From a virus (Duplodnaviria > Caudoviricetes), in IMG/VR virus record IMGVR_UViG_3300044522_000179, positions 1-64,000 of that record: a DNA stretch of 64,000 nt. The stretch is one strand, 5' to 3'. Below, in pieces: positions 45,018 through 54,401 of this stretch. Every line of letters starts with the position of its first letter. Positions within the stretch are counted from its first letter, which is position 1. The notes beneath the pieces were generated by a model. The model had not been told where the DNA came from. It did no database searches and saw nothing but the letters and a program-made list of their open reading frames with translations. Made by a program: the position numbers and the translations under genes.

Positions 45018-46160
45018 TTATGAATCTGATGCAGAATCAGCGAATGCAATTGCATCCTCTTCTTCCCACTGAATACCAAAGCGGACGAATACTGTGTACT
45101 CAATTGTGTCCTTCTTTGCTACGTACTCACGGTTTACAACGATGTCGCGCTGGAATCCCCATACACGGTTTGCAGGGAATGTCAAGTCGATATAGCCTGC
45201 TGGGTAGTAAGGAACTTCCTGAACTTCAATTCCGAGAACACGTGTTGTACGTGCTCCACCGAATGTCTGTCCTACGCCATCAAGGTATGATTGACGATTT
45301 GACTGTGTGCTTCCGATAGGAATTCCTGAAAATGCTTCAGCAACTGCATCTGCAAGGGTACCGTTATTCTTAACGATTCCTCCAAATGTATCTGTACCTG
45401 CGTAGAACTTAAGATTGTTCTTAAGTGCACGGTACTTACGTGGCATTGCATTAATGATTCCCTGCATAACTTCAGGTGTCCAGGCGTTATCTGCTACAGT
45501 TACAACTGACTCATGTGCTTGTCCAGCACCTGTTCCAGTCTTTGCTTTATTGATAAATCCGTCCATGATTGACAGGAATGAACCTGTTGAACCATCACCG
45601 TTGATAGCGAGATCTTCGATATCGTTTGCGAATGCGTTGGTCATTAGGCGTACCAAGTGATCTTCTAGAGCGTCACCTTCTACACCATCTTCCAATGATT
45701 CTGCTGTTACTTCCCAATCAAGACGAATCTTCTTGGTAGTAAGTTCGACCTTAGAGAATGTTGCACCTGTGTTTGTGTATGTACCAATTGCTTGCGCTGC
45801 TGCACGAATTACACGCTCACCGACGTTTACCTTCTCAAGTTCCATAGAATTAGCCTTCATTGTTACACGACGGCCATCCTTTGCTAATACTGTTGCATCC
45901 CAAACATAGTCGATAAAACGACGTGCCTGCTCGGGGCGCAAAATTCCAGAAGCCGCTGAACCACTAGGGTTTACAGCATTGGCTCCGCTTGTAGATCCAA
46001 GTGTCGCTGTTGGAATATTTCCAAGTGTACTTGCACCTGGTGTTGATACTCCACCAATTCCACCTGATGCGAAAGCACCTTGACCCTGGTAAAGCCCTGG
46101 TGCTGTTGCACCGAGATCTCCACTTGCGCCTGGCTGGTTTTTGATTATTTCTTCTGACAT
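45018..46160 (-). CDS. Major capsid protein (HK97 fold)
   Basis: GILRPEQARRFIDYVWD, KIRLDWEVTAESLED, FANDIEDLAINGD; RBS AGGAGGT; start moved to MSEEII. Confidence 0.9.
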   Translation of the reverse strand: MSEEIIKNQPGASGDLGATAPGLYQGQGAFASGGIGGVSTPGASTLGNIPTATLGSTSGANAVNPSGSAASGILRPEQARRFIDYVWDATVLAKDGRRVTMKANSMELEKVNVGERVIRAAAQAIGTYTNTGATFSKVELTTKKIRLDWEVTAESLEDGVEGDALEDHLVRLMTNAFANDIEDLAINGDGSTGSFLSIMDGFINKAKTGTGAGQAHESVVTVADNAWTPEVMQGIINAMPRKYRALKNNLKFYAGTDTFGGIVKNNGTLADAVAEAFSGIPIGSTQSNRQSYLDGVGQTFGGARTTRVLGIEVQEVPYYPAGYIDLTFPANRVWGFQRDIVVNREYVAKKDTIEYTVFVRFGIQWEEEDAIAFADSASDS

Positions 46161-46183
46161 ATTGTCACCTCCTAGTGATTTTT

Positions 46184-47512
46184 TCATTTGAATAGATCGG
46201 CTGTTTTGAGGAAACTACCGCCCCATAGGGATTTTTCAACCATTTCAGGTTGAGACTGAAAGATATCGCCGATATCTCCAGACTTTCGGAATGCGGTTTC
46301 TGCTTCCACAGCGTCTACTCGTTTTCCAAATTCATTAAACTCACCTGAAACTGCTGCAATATCTTTTGCAACTGCTTCGAATGAATCTTTTACTGTGTCA
46401 ATGTCTACCTTTGAAGACTTAAGAAGTTCTACTTCTGCTTGCAAAGACTTTACTGTTGACACTAGATCGCTAAAGGCTGATTCTAGAGTATTTTTCATTT
46501 CAGTAACTGCATCTGCAATTACCTCTTCTGACTTAGATACTTCTACAACTGCTTCAACTACTGTTTCGACTGCTTCAGCATCTTCTGCCTTAACAATCTC
46601 TTCTGCTACAACATCATCAGTTTTAGCAACTTCTGTTGCTTCAACCTCTTCTGCCTTAGCAATTTCTTCAGTAACTTCTACAACTGCCTCTGGAGCGACC
46701 ACAACATCTTCAATTACGTCTGTCTTTTCAACTTGTGTTTTTGATTTTGTCATAGGTTGTACCTCCTTGTTAATCTTAGAAGTATTAATGCCTTTAGCAC
46801 TATCAACTAAGAATTTTATCATGTCTGTTTTTTCATTATCCGTTTTTTCAACGAAACCTATATTTGCCATTTGCTCACCAGTAGTTGGACTTAACTCTGA
46901 TTCATTTTCTGAAACCATAACAATGCCTGATTCCTTGTCATAAAAAACATTTTCTAAAACTGTTTCGTCACCCTTAACAACATCTACTCCGTCAACTTTT
47001 TCAACAGATACAATGTTTGCAAACTGATTTGCTGGGGAATCTACAAGACTCAACTCAATCAAATCGTATTGCTTAATAATTCTAATTGCTTTGTCTGATT
47101 TCTCGTCAAACCCATCGTCCCATTTGTTCATACGTCCACCAATAGAAAAACCAGTTAGTGTTCCATCTAGAACCTTTTCCCAAGTATCTTGTGCACCCTT
47201 TGAAACATATGCTGATACGAATACACCGTTATAAAACTTCTTTGAGTCTGGATCAAAATATTTATCTGCTTTGAATGAAACCATCTTGCCTACTGCTAGT
47301 GGCTGATGCATTTCTCTGATGTTCCCTCGGAATTTTGCAAAGGCATCCATTGATGCTTCTGCTGTTACAATGTCATCTTGCTTATCGACATTGTCTAAAG
47401 ATGCAAAACCAGAAACGACTCTACGCTCTTTGTCCACTTTGGTAAGGGGCATAGAAAGACGAAGATTATTCCCATCAGTATTCCAATGGGCTTTGGATAT
47501 ATTGCTCACCAT
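46184..47512 (-). CDS. Prohead protease fused to an acidic scaffold region
   Basis: IREMH, GFSIGG and ELSLVDSPAN (HK97-type protease) followed by an acidic coiled coil; the true start may be the GTG at 47509 (leaderless). Confidence 0.88.
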   Translation of the reverse strand: MVSNISKAHWNTDGNNLRLSMPLTKVDKERRVVSGFASLDNVDKQDDIVTAEASMDAFAKFRGNIREMHQPLAVGKMVSFKADKYFDPDSKKFYNGVFVSAYVSKGAQDTWEKVLDGTLTGFSIGGRMNKWDDGFDEKSDKAIRIIKQYDLIELSLVDSPANQFANIVSVEKVDGVDVVKGDETVLENVFYDKESGIVMVSENESELSPTTGEQMANIGFVEKTDNEKTDMIKFLVDSAKGINTSKINKEVQPMTKSKTQVEKTDVIEDVVVAPEAVVEVTEEIAKAEEVEATEVAKTDDVVAEEIVKAEDAEAVETVVEAVVEVSKSEEVIADAVTEMKNTLESAFSDLVSTVKSLQAEVELLKSSKVDIDTVKDSFEAVAKDIAAVSGEFNEFGKRVDAVEAETAFRKSGDIGDIFQSQPEMVEKSLWGGSFLKTADLFK

Positions 47513-47564
47513 TATATTATACGCCCTTTTTTACACATATATCACAATATGGACATATGGGACA

Positions 47565-49157
47565 TTAAGGAGTTTTTCTTCCCTCTCCTTTTGGGGCTCT
47601 TCCAGCAACTGTTGAAGTGCTGTCTGAATTATTATTTGTTCTTGCAGAGTCTCTGGCTCTTGTAGTTGTTGCTTCTGCTGCTGCAGTTGCTTTAAGATCT
47701 AAGACCTCGTCGCCACCTTCTCTTTGTGGCATATCCAAAAGAACTCTTGCCTCGTTTGGAGTCATAATTTGATTCTTAACATATCTTTCAAGAATTTGAG
47801 ACTGTGCAATTTCATCTGTTAAGGTTAATTCATTAAAAACAAACTCAAGAATATCGGTTTTTTCACGGACAATCTTGTTGATCATTTTTTCAATTTGTCT
47901 TTGTGCTGGTCTTGCTACCTGCTCTTTAAAGGTGCGATCCTGTGCAAGTGCTGCTGCAATAGATCCAGAATCGCCACCTCCAAGTTTAGACAATGGAACT
48001 TGATGTGCTACCAGAATGTCATCACGGTTTTGTTTACGATACTCTTTAAAGGAGCCATCTTGTATACCGTCTTCAATGGGATCCATTTTAAACTCTACCT
48101 TATTGTTTTCGCTATCTCCTGGTAATGGAATATATAGAGTTCTATGTGACTGCCCTCTGAGATTTGTCTGTAAGAATCTAAACATCTTATCTTCTGCGTC
48201 TCCAGAAAGTTTTGCACCCTTTAGGGTTACAACGTATCTTGGTACTGCTTTATTTGCAAAGTAATCAATATTGTATTGTGAAGCAAGTGAGTCTCCATGC
48301 AATGAGTTAATTGCCGACATAATGTCTGGCACTCCATAGAATGTGTTAAGAGGCGAGTACTGCTTAAAGTGAATAATTTCATTTGGTCTAGCATCTGTAG
48401 TTAGTGGATTCTGATTTTTTGCTCCAAAGTTACGGAAGTAAACAATCTTGTTTCCAATAATCTGAACATAGCCATCTTTGATTCTTCTAACTCTCATTGT
48501 TGTTGATGGGATATGTCCAACATATCCAATCTCTCCACGAGTAGTTCTTCCTATTTCTAAGTATCCGTTTCCAGTTGACTGTAGGTCTGTGTAAACTTTT
48601 TCCATTGTTGCTGTAAATGAATCGTCATCGTTAAGAGACTCTATCCAATCACGCATTTCAATTTTTGCTCGTTCAATTCTTTTTCTTGCTTTTTGCGTTG
48701 CGCTATTATCTTCTGATGATTCAAGTCTCATCATTGTTCTTTGAGAAACCTTAAACTCATAACCTAGACCAACGATGTTCTCTACCTTAGCATCAATGGC
48801 TGCGTGGTTTGCAAAAGATGTGTCGTAATAGTTTGCCAACTCATACAAGTTCCATGGTGGGGTGATTACATCAAACATTCCATAGCCGTTTATATATACT
48901 AGTCCTGGGTTTATTTCTTTTGATTGTGCTCCATCAATACCGCTTTTTCCAGCAAGTGCTGCAGTTGTGTATTGAGTTGTTGGTTCAACCATCTTTGTTG
49001 AAGATCTGCTTATACGTCTTTTAAAGTTTGCTTCTAGTCCGTCAAGAGATTTTAATGAATCCCAATTTCCGTTAAATGGATCTGACTTTGAAAAAGTATC
49101 ATCTTTCTTTATTGATTCATCAATCCTTGCACTAATCTCATAATCGTTGTCTTCCAT
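47565..49157 (-). CDS. Portal protein
   Basis: TGNGYLEI, EIIHFK, YGVP, YFANKAVP, ILVAHQVP, MTPNEAR. Confidence 0.9.
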   Translation of the reverse strand: MEDNDYEISARIDESIKKDDTFSKSDPFNGNWDSLKSLDGLEANFKRRISRSSTKMVEPTTQYTTAALAGKSGIDGAQSKEINPGLVYINGYGMFDVITPPWNLYELANYYDTSFANHAAIDAKVENIVGLGYEFKVSQRTMMRLESSEDNSATQKARKRIERAKIEMRDWIESLNDDDSFTATMEKVYTDLQSTGNGYLEIGRTTRGEIGYVGHIPSTTMRVRRIKDGYVQIIGNKIVYFRNFGAKNQNPLTTDARPNEIIHFKQYSPLNTFYGVPDIMSAINSLHGDSLASQYNIDYFANKAVPRYVVTLKGAKLSGDAEDKMFRFLQTNLRGQSHRTLYIPLPGDSENNKVEFKMDPIEDGIQDGSFKEYRKQNRDDILVAHQVPLSKLGGGDSGSIAAALAQDRTFKEQVARPAQRQIEKMINKIVREKTDILEFVFNELTLTDEIAQSQILERYVKNQIMTPNEARVLLDMPQREGGDEVLDLKATAAAEATTTRARDSARTNNNSDSTSTVAGRAPKGEGRKTP

Positions 49158-49159
49158 AA

Positions 49160-49546
49160 TTATTCCTCATCCCCATACTTAGCAATTGTATCTTTTGCTG
49201 CTTGTACTGCTCCAAGGTCGTTTAGGTTTGGTATAAGTCCAGACTTCATACGATCAACTTGCTCAGAATATTCTTCTTCTGAAACTCTTGTTAGCCCTGG
49301 AACAAATACGCATGTACCATCTCCTGGATCTCCGTAATGCATTGCAGTCTTTTTTAGTTCTGCCATTCTAGTAAAGTCGTTTTTATCTGAAGGTATATTG
49401 AGTACAGAACCGTTTCCATCTGTAAACCATTTACCATTTGCTTTCTTATACACATAAAGGCCCCAGTCATAGTTCTTTTCAATGACCTGACGTCTAACGT
49501 TTTTTACAATTGGTTGACCAGTTTTTGGGTCTATAAGGGAATCCAT
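49160..49546 (-). CDS. Hypothetical phage protein upstream of the portal, leaderless
   Basis: ORF track; TGGTATACT (49554..49562) ends 7 nt before the ATG. Confidence 0.75.
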   Translation of the reverse strand: MDSLIDPKTGQPIVKNVRRQVIEKNYDWGLYVYKKANGKWFTDGNGSVLNIPSDKNDFTRMAELKKTAMHYGDPGDGTCVFVPGLTRVSEEEYSEQVDRMKSGLIPNLNDLGAVQAAKDTIAKYGDEE

Positions 49547-49564
49547 AACTACAAGTATACCATA

Positions 49565-52500
49565 TTAGGCTGGGGTCTCTACGAACTGACTCCATTTTAC
49601 GTCAGTAAATATAGTATATGCATACTCTTCAAAACGAACTGGTCTATCATCATCTACAATAATTTTGTTTGTGCCCGTATAACTCTTATAAACATCTGAA
49701 GGGTTTACACCATAATAACTTGTTTCTGATAAGACAAGAACCTTATTCCAGTTAAAAGATGGACTATCCCAGAACTCCCAGTCAAGGGGCGAAGACCCCA
49801 AAACCTTAACTCTAAACCAAGGTCTTTCTGCTATGTTCTGAACTTCTTGTAGATTAGTAGACTGATAGTATGAAAGGCTGTTAAATAGTAGTGGTCCAGT
49901 TAATCTTACTGCCCCTTCAAAAAATGAAAAATTAAGACTGTTTGCAAAATTAATCCCAAGGAATCCCCACTCTTGAAGAGTTATTACTGGCTCTTTTACT
50001 ATTTTTCCATTCCAATAAAATCCAATACCGTTTTGGACTAGGCCAGTATTTGCATCTATTGCGTAAATTTTTGCTCTGCGTCCAGAAGGATCATTAGCAA
50101 CCATGTAAAATTTTATGTAAGAATCTTTGCTTTGGATTTCAAATATCTGTGTTGGTGCATATGGGAAATAGTCTCCGTCAAACCTTACGGCCATTTGCAT
50201 TGCTATAGCCTTAAATCCTTCGGCTCTGCTTTCATTTACAGGAATCATAAGACCTCTATTAACTAATGGATCATACCTTCCTTTTAATTGAATTCCGCTT
50301 GTTTTGGTTAAATAAAGATACGGAGATGATCCTGGATAGATTGCAAAAGGATTATTCTTTTTAAAGTTATAATAAATTCCAGTCTTTGTATATGGATAAA
50401 CAGATGTTCCAAACCTTGTTCCAATTGGACTAGCATCAGATTCATTAAATGCTTGTGATGCATAAGAAAGTTTTTTAATTAATACATTGTTTGTTTCTGA
50501 ATTTTTTACATTCATTTCTATGTGTGTAACAATAGACAAGTCATTAAAGTCTACTCCAGTTGGTGGGTATATAATCATATTATCTACAACTTCATATTTT
50601 GTTGTCATCCAGTCTGAACCAGGAACTAATACTCCATCTCTTGAAGGTCTTTCTGTTTTTGTAAAATAATAGTATGTTTGGTTTGCACCCAATTCTGTAT
50701 ATTGAAAAGTTACATAACTTTTTACAATTGATCCATCTGTGTCATATTTATATTCTTTTGCTATTTTATTTTTTAAATCATCGTAATCATTGTATCCAGT
50801 AAAAAGGTAATTGTCTAATGATGTGTATGTTCTTTGAACTGGGGTTCCGTATTCATCTGATAACTCTGCATATGTCCAAGCCTCTGGCTCTGTTTCTATT
50901 GCTATAGTCTTTGATGGTATTGGGTAATCAATATTAAACTGAATAAAGTCAAGATCAAAATATTGGTCCCCTCGTTTATCAAGAACGGATTCAGCAAAAT
51001 ATGTTAGTGGAAGTTGATCTTCCCAATATGCGCTTGCAGATACAGCAAGTTTGTATGTATCAAAAACTATCTCTGGTAAAAGAGTATAACTTGCAACATG
51101 GTCTAAAAGGGAATCCTCTTCAGCAACAACCACATCTCCACCAGTAAGTGCTCCATTTACAGTGTATGTTCCAAGAGGCAAATGAAAAGATGTTGTATCT
51201 ATTCCTCCGTCTATGTTGATTAACTGGTTATTTTGGTAAATAGCAAACAAGTCTTCATTCCATACTGGAACACCTATCTCATTAAACAAAGATCTAATTT
51301 TTTGAAAGTTATATTCTGTACATAGTCCTACATTGTATATTTTTCCAGTAAAAGTTGATAGACCGTTCTTGTCTCCACCAACATACATCCTTAGGTCTGA
51401 TAAAGATCCAAAAAAGTCTGATGCTGGGTTTCCAAATCTTGATACAAATGCTGGAATGTTTAAGCCTATGTCTACCAACTCTCCTGGCTCAGCGACTAAA
51501 GGAGAATAGATTGTTTCTGATATTCCGTTATAATTAATAATATAAGATATTTGATTATTTAAAAGTTGTATCTTGAAATAACTATTTGTATTTTCTTTTT
51601 CTATTTTAAAAAGTGTTTGGGCTGAACTTGAGGTTTGTGGCAATCTAAAACAACCATAGAAAGCAGAAATGGGAGTTTTTATAAAATCAAAGTTCTTAAA
51701 AAACAAATATCCAGAAACATTATTCCAAGAAGTGTTTGGTCTAAAGGAAAAAAAGTTTCTTGTATCTGATGATTGAACTAGACCACAATCTGACAAAAGT
51801 TCTTTTTCTGTTTTTGATGACAAGATTGTTTCTGGAAGTGGGTGAGACAAAACAGAAAGAGACTTATTCACAACTAATGTATTGTCATTAAAGGCTTGAC
51901 TCCATGAACCTACCTTTGGATATGAGTAGTTTGAGGTGTAGTCTGCAAATGAGTAATCAATAAAAACAGATGTTCCACTATAAGATGTATTAATATTTTC
52001 TGGAATATCAACGCCTTGCCCAAATACAAACCTTCTTTTTGCAACAGCAGTTGCAACAATGTATGGATAAATTCCAACGCAGTCAACCTCTATTGGATAT
52101 ATATCATCATATGCGTAAAAGCCTATCCAGTCTTGATCCTTAAGACTTTCATTTAACATGGAAGGTAAAGAAAGTGACTCAGTTAAATAGTTTAAAGAAA
52201 CAACTTCTTGGCCATTTATTACAAGAGATGCAGTGTCTTTTCCAACACGCATGTGAACCAGCATTGGCCTTGTCCACTCACCAACATAGTATGTACCATA
52301 GTTATCTCCTATCTTTAATCCTATTGATGGTCCATCAACATATATTCCATCTTCTGATGCAATTGGACCAATAATTCTTTTCCTGTCGTTACTGTATGAA
52401 TTTATTCTAAGCCAAGTTTCAAAAGTATACTGCTTAAATTTTCCAGACTCATTTAAAAATCCAGAACCAGGAACTATAAGGGAGGGCAAATCTGTATTTG

Positions 52501-53278
52501 GATATATAGTTGTAAGACCAGATGTTCCATAAACAATTGGAATGCCTGAGTTTTTTGCTTTAAGCATATTATCAGAAACTAAATAATATGCATCTAACTC
52601 TTGCAGTCCGTAACATTTTGACACAACACCTTTTTGTGGTGCAATAGATATGGTGGATGGTATGTCAATTACCTCAACACCAAGTGATGTAGATGCAAAC
52701 TCTTCTGACCATTGGCCAAGACTTATTCCGTTTACTAAAAATACATCTTCTGTTTCTGATCCACCAATAAAGTTAATTTTAAAGACTAATCTTATGTTTG
52801 TGTCATCTGGAGGCGTATCAAAAGTTTCTGATATAAAAATCCAGTTGCTATTTATTACTGTGTCATAGTTTTTTAAATGAACTATGTCATCTCCACTTGT
52901 TGTGTCTGTGTATTGGTAACCAATTTCAAGACCAGCAATATATGCGCTTTCAGAATAAAAGTATCCACCTACAGAAAATGTTCTTAAATAAGTATTAAAG
53001 TCTCTTAGGCTCATTATTTCATTACTTGTTGCAACTATAGAAGCCAACTCGTTGTCTGTTGGTGTAGCGGTAATTTTACCAACATAACTATTTATAAATG
53101 GTTCGTCTACTGACTGGGTATAGTTTTGATATGTACCGCCAACAATTGTCCAATTTGATAAATTTCTTTGTGACTCTGAAAGTAAAGAAATATAGTCTGC
53201 TGTATCGTCTAAAGCCCATAGACCAGTCGGATGCTCAGCAAATACTTTTTCGGCATATAGGTTTGATGGGGTAGACAT
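49565..53278 (-). CDS. Large probable virion protein with LamG/ConA-like segments (1237 aa)
   Basis: YAEKVFAEHPTGLWALDD N-terminus; YTFETWLR...LVINGQEV LamG-like pattern. Confidence 0.65.
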   Translation of the reverse strand: MSTPSNLYAEKVFAEHPTGLWALDDTADYISLLSESQRNLSNWTIVGGTYQNYTQSVDEPFINSYVGKITATPTDNELASIVATSNEIMSLRDFNTYLRTFSVGGYFYSESAYIAGLEIGYQYTDTTSGDDIVHLKNYDTVINSNWIFISETFDTPPDDTNIRLVFKINFIGGSETEDVFLVNGISLGQWSEEFASTSLGVEVIDIPSTISIAPQKGVVSKCYGLQELDAYYLVSDNMLKAKNSGIPIVYGTSGLTTIYPNTDLPSLIVPGSGFLNESGKFKQYTFETWLRINSYSNDRKRIIGPIASEDGIYVDGPSIGLKIGDNYGTYYVGEWTRPMLVHMRVGKDTASLVINGQEVVSLNYLTESLSLPSMLNESLKDQDWIGFYAYDDIYPIEVDCVGIYPYIVATAVAKRRFVFGQGVDIPENINTSYSGTSVFIDYSFADYTSNYSYPKVGSWSQAFNDNTLVVNKSLSVLSHPLPETILSSKTEKELLSDCGLVQSSDTRNFFSFRPNTSWNNVSGYLFFKNFDFIKTPISAFYGCFRLPQTSSSAQTLFKIEKENTNSYFKIQLLNNQISYIINYNGISETIYSPLVAEPGELVDIGLNIPAFVSRFGNPASDFFGSLSDLRMYVGGDKNGLSTFTGKIYNVGLCTEYNFQKIRSLFNEIGVPVWNEDLFAIYQNNQLINIDGGIDTTSFHLPLGTYTVNGALTGGDVVVAEEDSLLDHVASYTLLPEIVFDTYKLAVSASAYWEDQLPLTYFAESVLDKRGDQYFDLDFIQFNIDYPIPSKTIAIETEPEAWTYAELSDEYGTPVQRTYTSLDNYLFTGYNDYDDLKNKIAKEYKYDTDGSIVKSYVTFQYTELGANQTYYYFTKTERPSRDGVLVPGSDWMTTKYEVVDNMIIYPPTGVDFNDLSIVTHIEMNVKNSETNNVLIKKLSYASQAFNESDASPIGTRFGTSVYPYTKTGIYYNFKKNNPFAIYPGSSPYLYLTKTSGIQLKGRYDPLVNRGLMIPVNESRAEGFKAIAMQMAVRFDGDYFPYAPTQIFEIQSKDSYIKFYMVANDPSGRRAKIYAIDANTGLVQNGIGFYWNGKIVKEPVITLQEWGFLGINFANSLNFSFFEGAVRLTGPLLFNSLSYYQSTNLQEVQNIAERPWFRVKVLGSSPLDWEFWDSPSFNWNKVLVLSETSYYGVNPSDVYKSYTGTNKIIVDDDRPVRFEEYAYTIFTDVKWSQFVETPA

Positions 53279-53293
53279 TATAAGTCTATTTTA

Positions 53294-53803
53294 TCATACT
53301 ATGCGTGTAAACCAGCGGGGTATTGTATACCTTGTCCCCTGAGAAATTGGCTTAACTCCATGAACAAAGTCTGGGGTGTCTGGAAAGCATATAAGATCTC
53401 CTGCGTCAGGCTTAATTGACACATCGTATTCTGGAAAATAGATTTCTCCACCTAAATAGTTATTGTTTAAATATATCAGTGTGGCTATGTCGTTTGGTTT
53501 TGTAGAGTCAAAATGTTCATGCATTCCAAACCCCTCATCAAATTTAGCAATATGTGTCTTAGAACTATCGTAATCTTCAAACGGGCCAGGATAGTTATCT
53601 CTTACAAACTTGAGTACAAGTTCTCCATAAGAATTTATCAGGCTTTCGATGTTTGCATCTTGGAATTCTGAGTGAAATGTAAACTCTTTTTCACCATTTC
53701 CAAACTCATTAAAAGACTTATCCATAGACTTGGCATATGAAAAAGCAAGAGTAGAAGCCTGTGGACTCATAAAATCTTTAACAACTTTTATCTGATCACT
53801 CAT
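53294..53803 (-). CDS. 2OG-Fe(II) oxygenase, prolyl 4-hydroxylase-like
   Basis: HEHFD, LIYLNNNYLGGEIYF, PDAGDLICFP, HGVKPISQGTRY: full HxD...H...R set. Confidence 0.88.
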   Translation of the reverse strand: MSDQIKVVKDFMSPQASTLAFSYAKSMDKSFNEFGNGEKEFTFHSEFQDANIESLINSYGELVLKFVRDNYPGPFEDYDSSKTHIAKFDEGFGMHEHFDSTKPNDIATLIYLNNNYLGGEIYFPEYDVSIKPDAGDLICFPDTPDFVHGVKPISQGTRYTIPRWFTRIV

Positions 53804-54401
53804 GAAAACCTTTTATCTCCCAATCGTCCCAAGATGTTTCTTCATAGGAAGATCTGTTTGGCATAAAGTGTTGGCCTTTCTTTCCCATCCAGGCCTCTGA
53901 TAAAAACAATAGTCCAGACTTGATTTCAGAAATGCCGTGTAAATTTTCTCGATCATCCTTAAAATAGATCAAGTCTCCAGGGTTTGGCTGAAAGGTTTTA
54001 TCTAATTTTGAAAAGATGAAGTCTCCACCCTCGTCTGCATTTTGCCAAACAATATAAGATACGTATGTACCTTCTGGCTTTGAATCTTCATTATGATGCT
54101 GAGGTTCTGAAGAACCAGGATTGTACCTTAGAATATAGTGCTTTGAAAACATTGGTGGGTGATATTCTGAATCATTTTCAGATTGAACAATATCGTAATA
54201 CCCTTTTGAATACTTAGAAAATATATCTAAGATGTGATCTGGCATTTCTCCACGAGTGTGGATATCAAATGGGGCACCGCCATTGTACAGATCGTTATGC
54301 AAAGGTACATGTTCTTCTCTTGTGTGGAATACGATTGTTCCAATATAGTCTTGAACAATTTTTAAGTCTTCTTTTGATATAAAGTTTTCTACTATTTTCA
54401 T
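53796..54401 (-). CDS. 2OG-Fe(II) oxygenase-like protein with divergent active site
   Basis: EGGDFIF, PNPGDLIYF, HGISEIKSG; HHNED in place of HxD and Leu where the 2OG-binding Arg is expected. Confidence 0.72.
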   Translation of the reverse strand: MKIVENFISKEDLKIVQDYIGTIVFHTREEHVPLHNDLYNGGAPFDIHTRGEMPDHILDIFSKYSKGYYDIVQSENDSEYHPPMFSKHYILRYNPGSSEPQHHNEDSKPEGTYVSYIVWQNADEGGDFIFSKLDKTFQPNPGDLIYFKDDRENLHGISEIKSGLLFLSEAWMGKKGQHFMPNRSSYEETSWDDWEIKGFHE

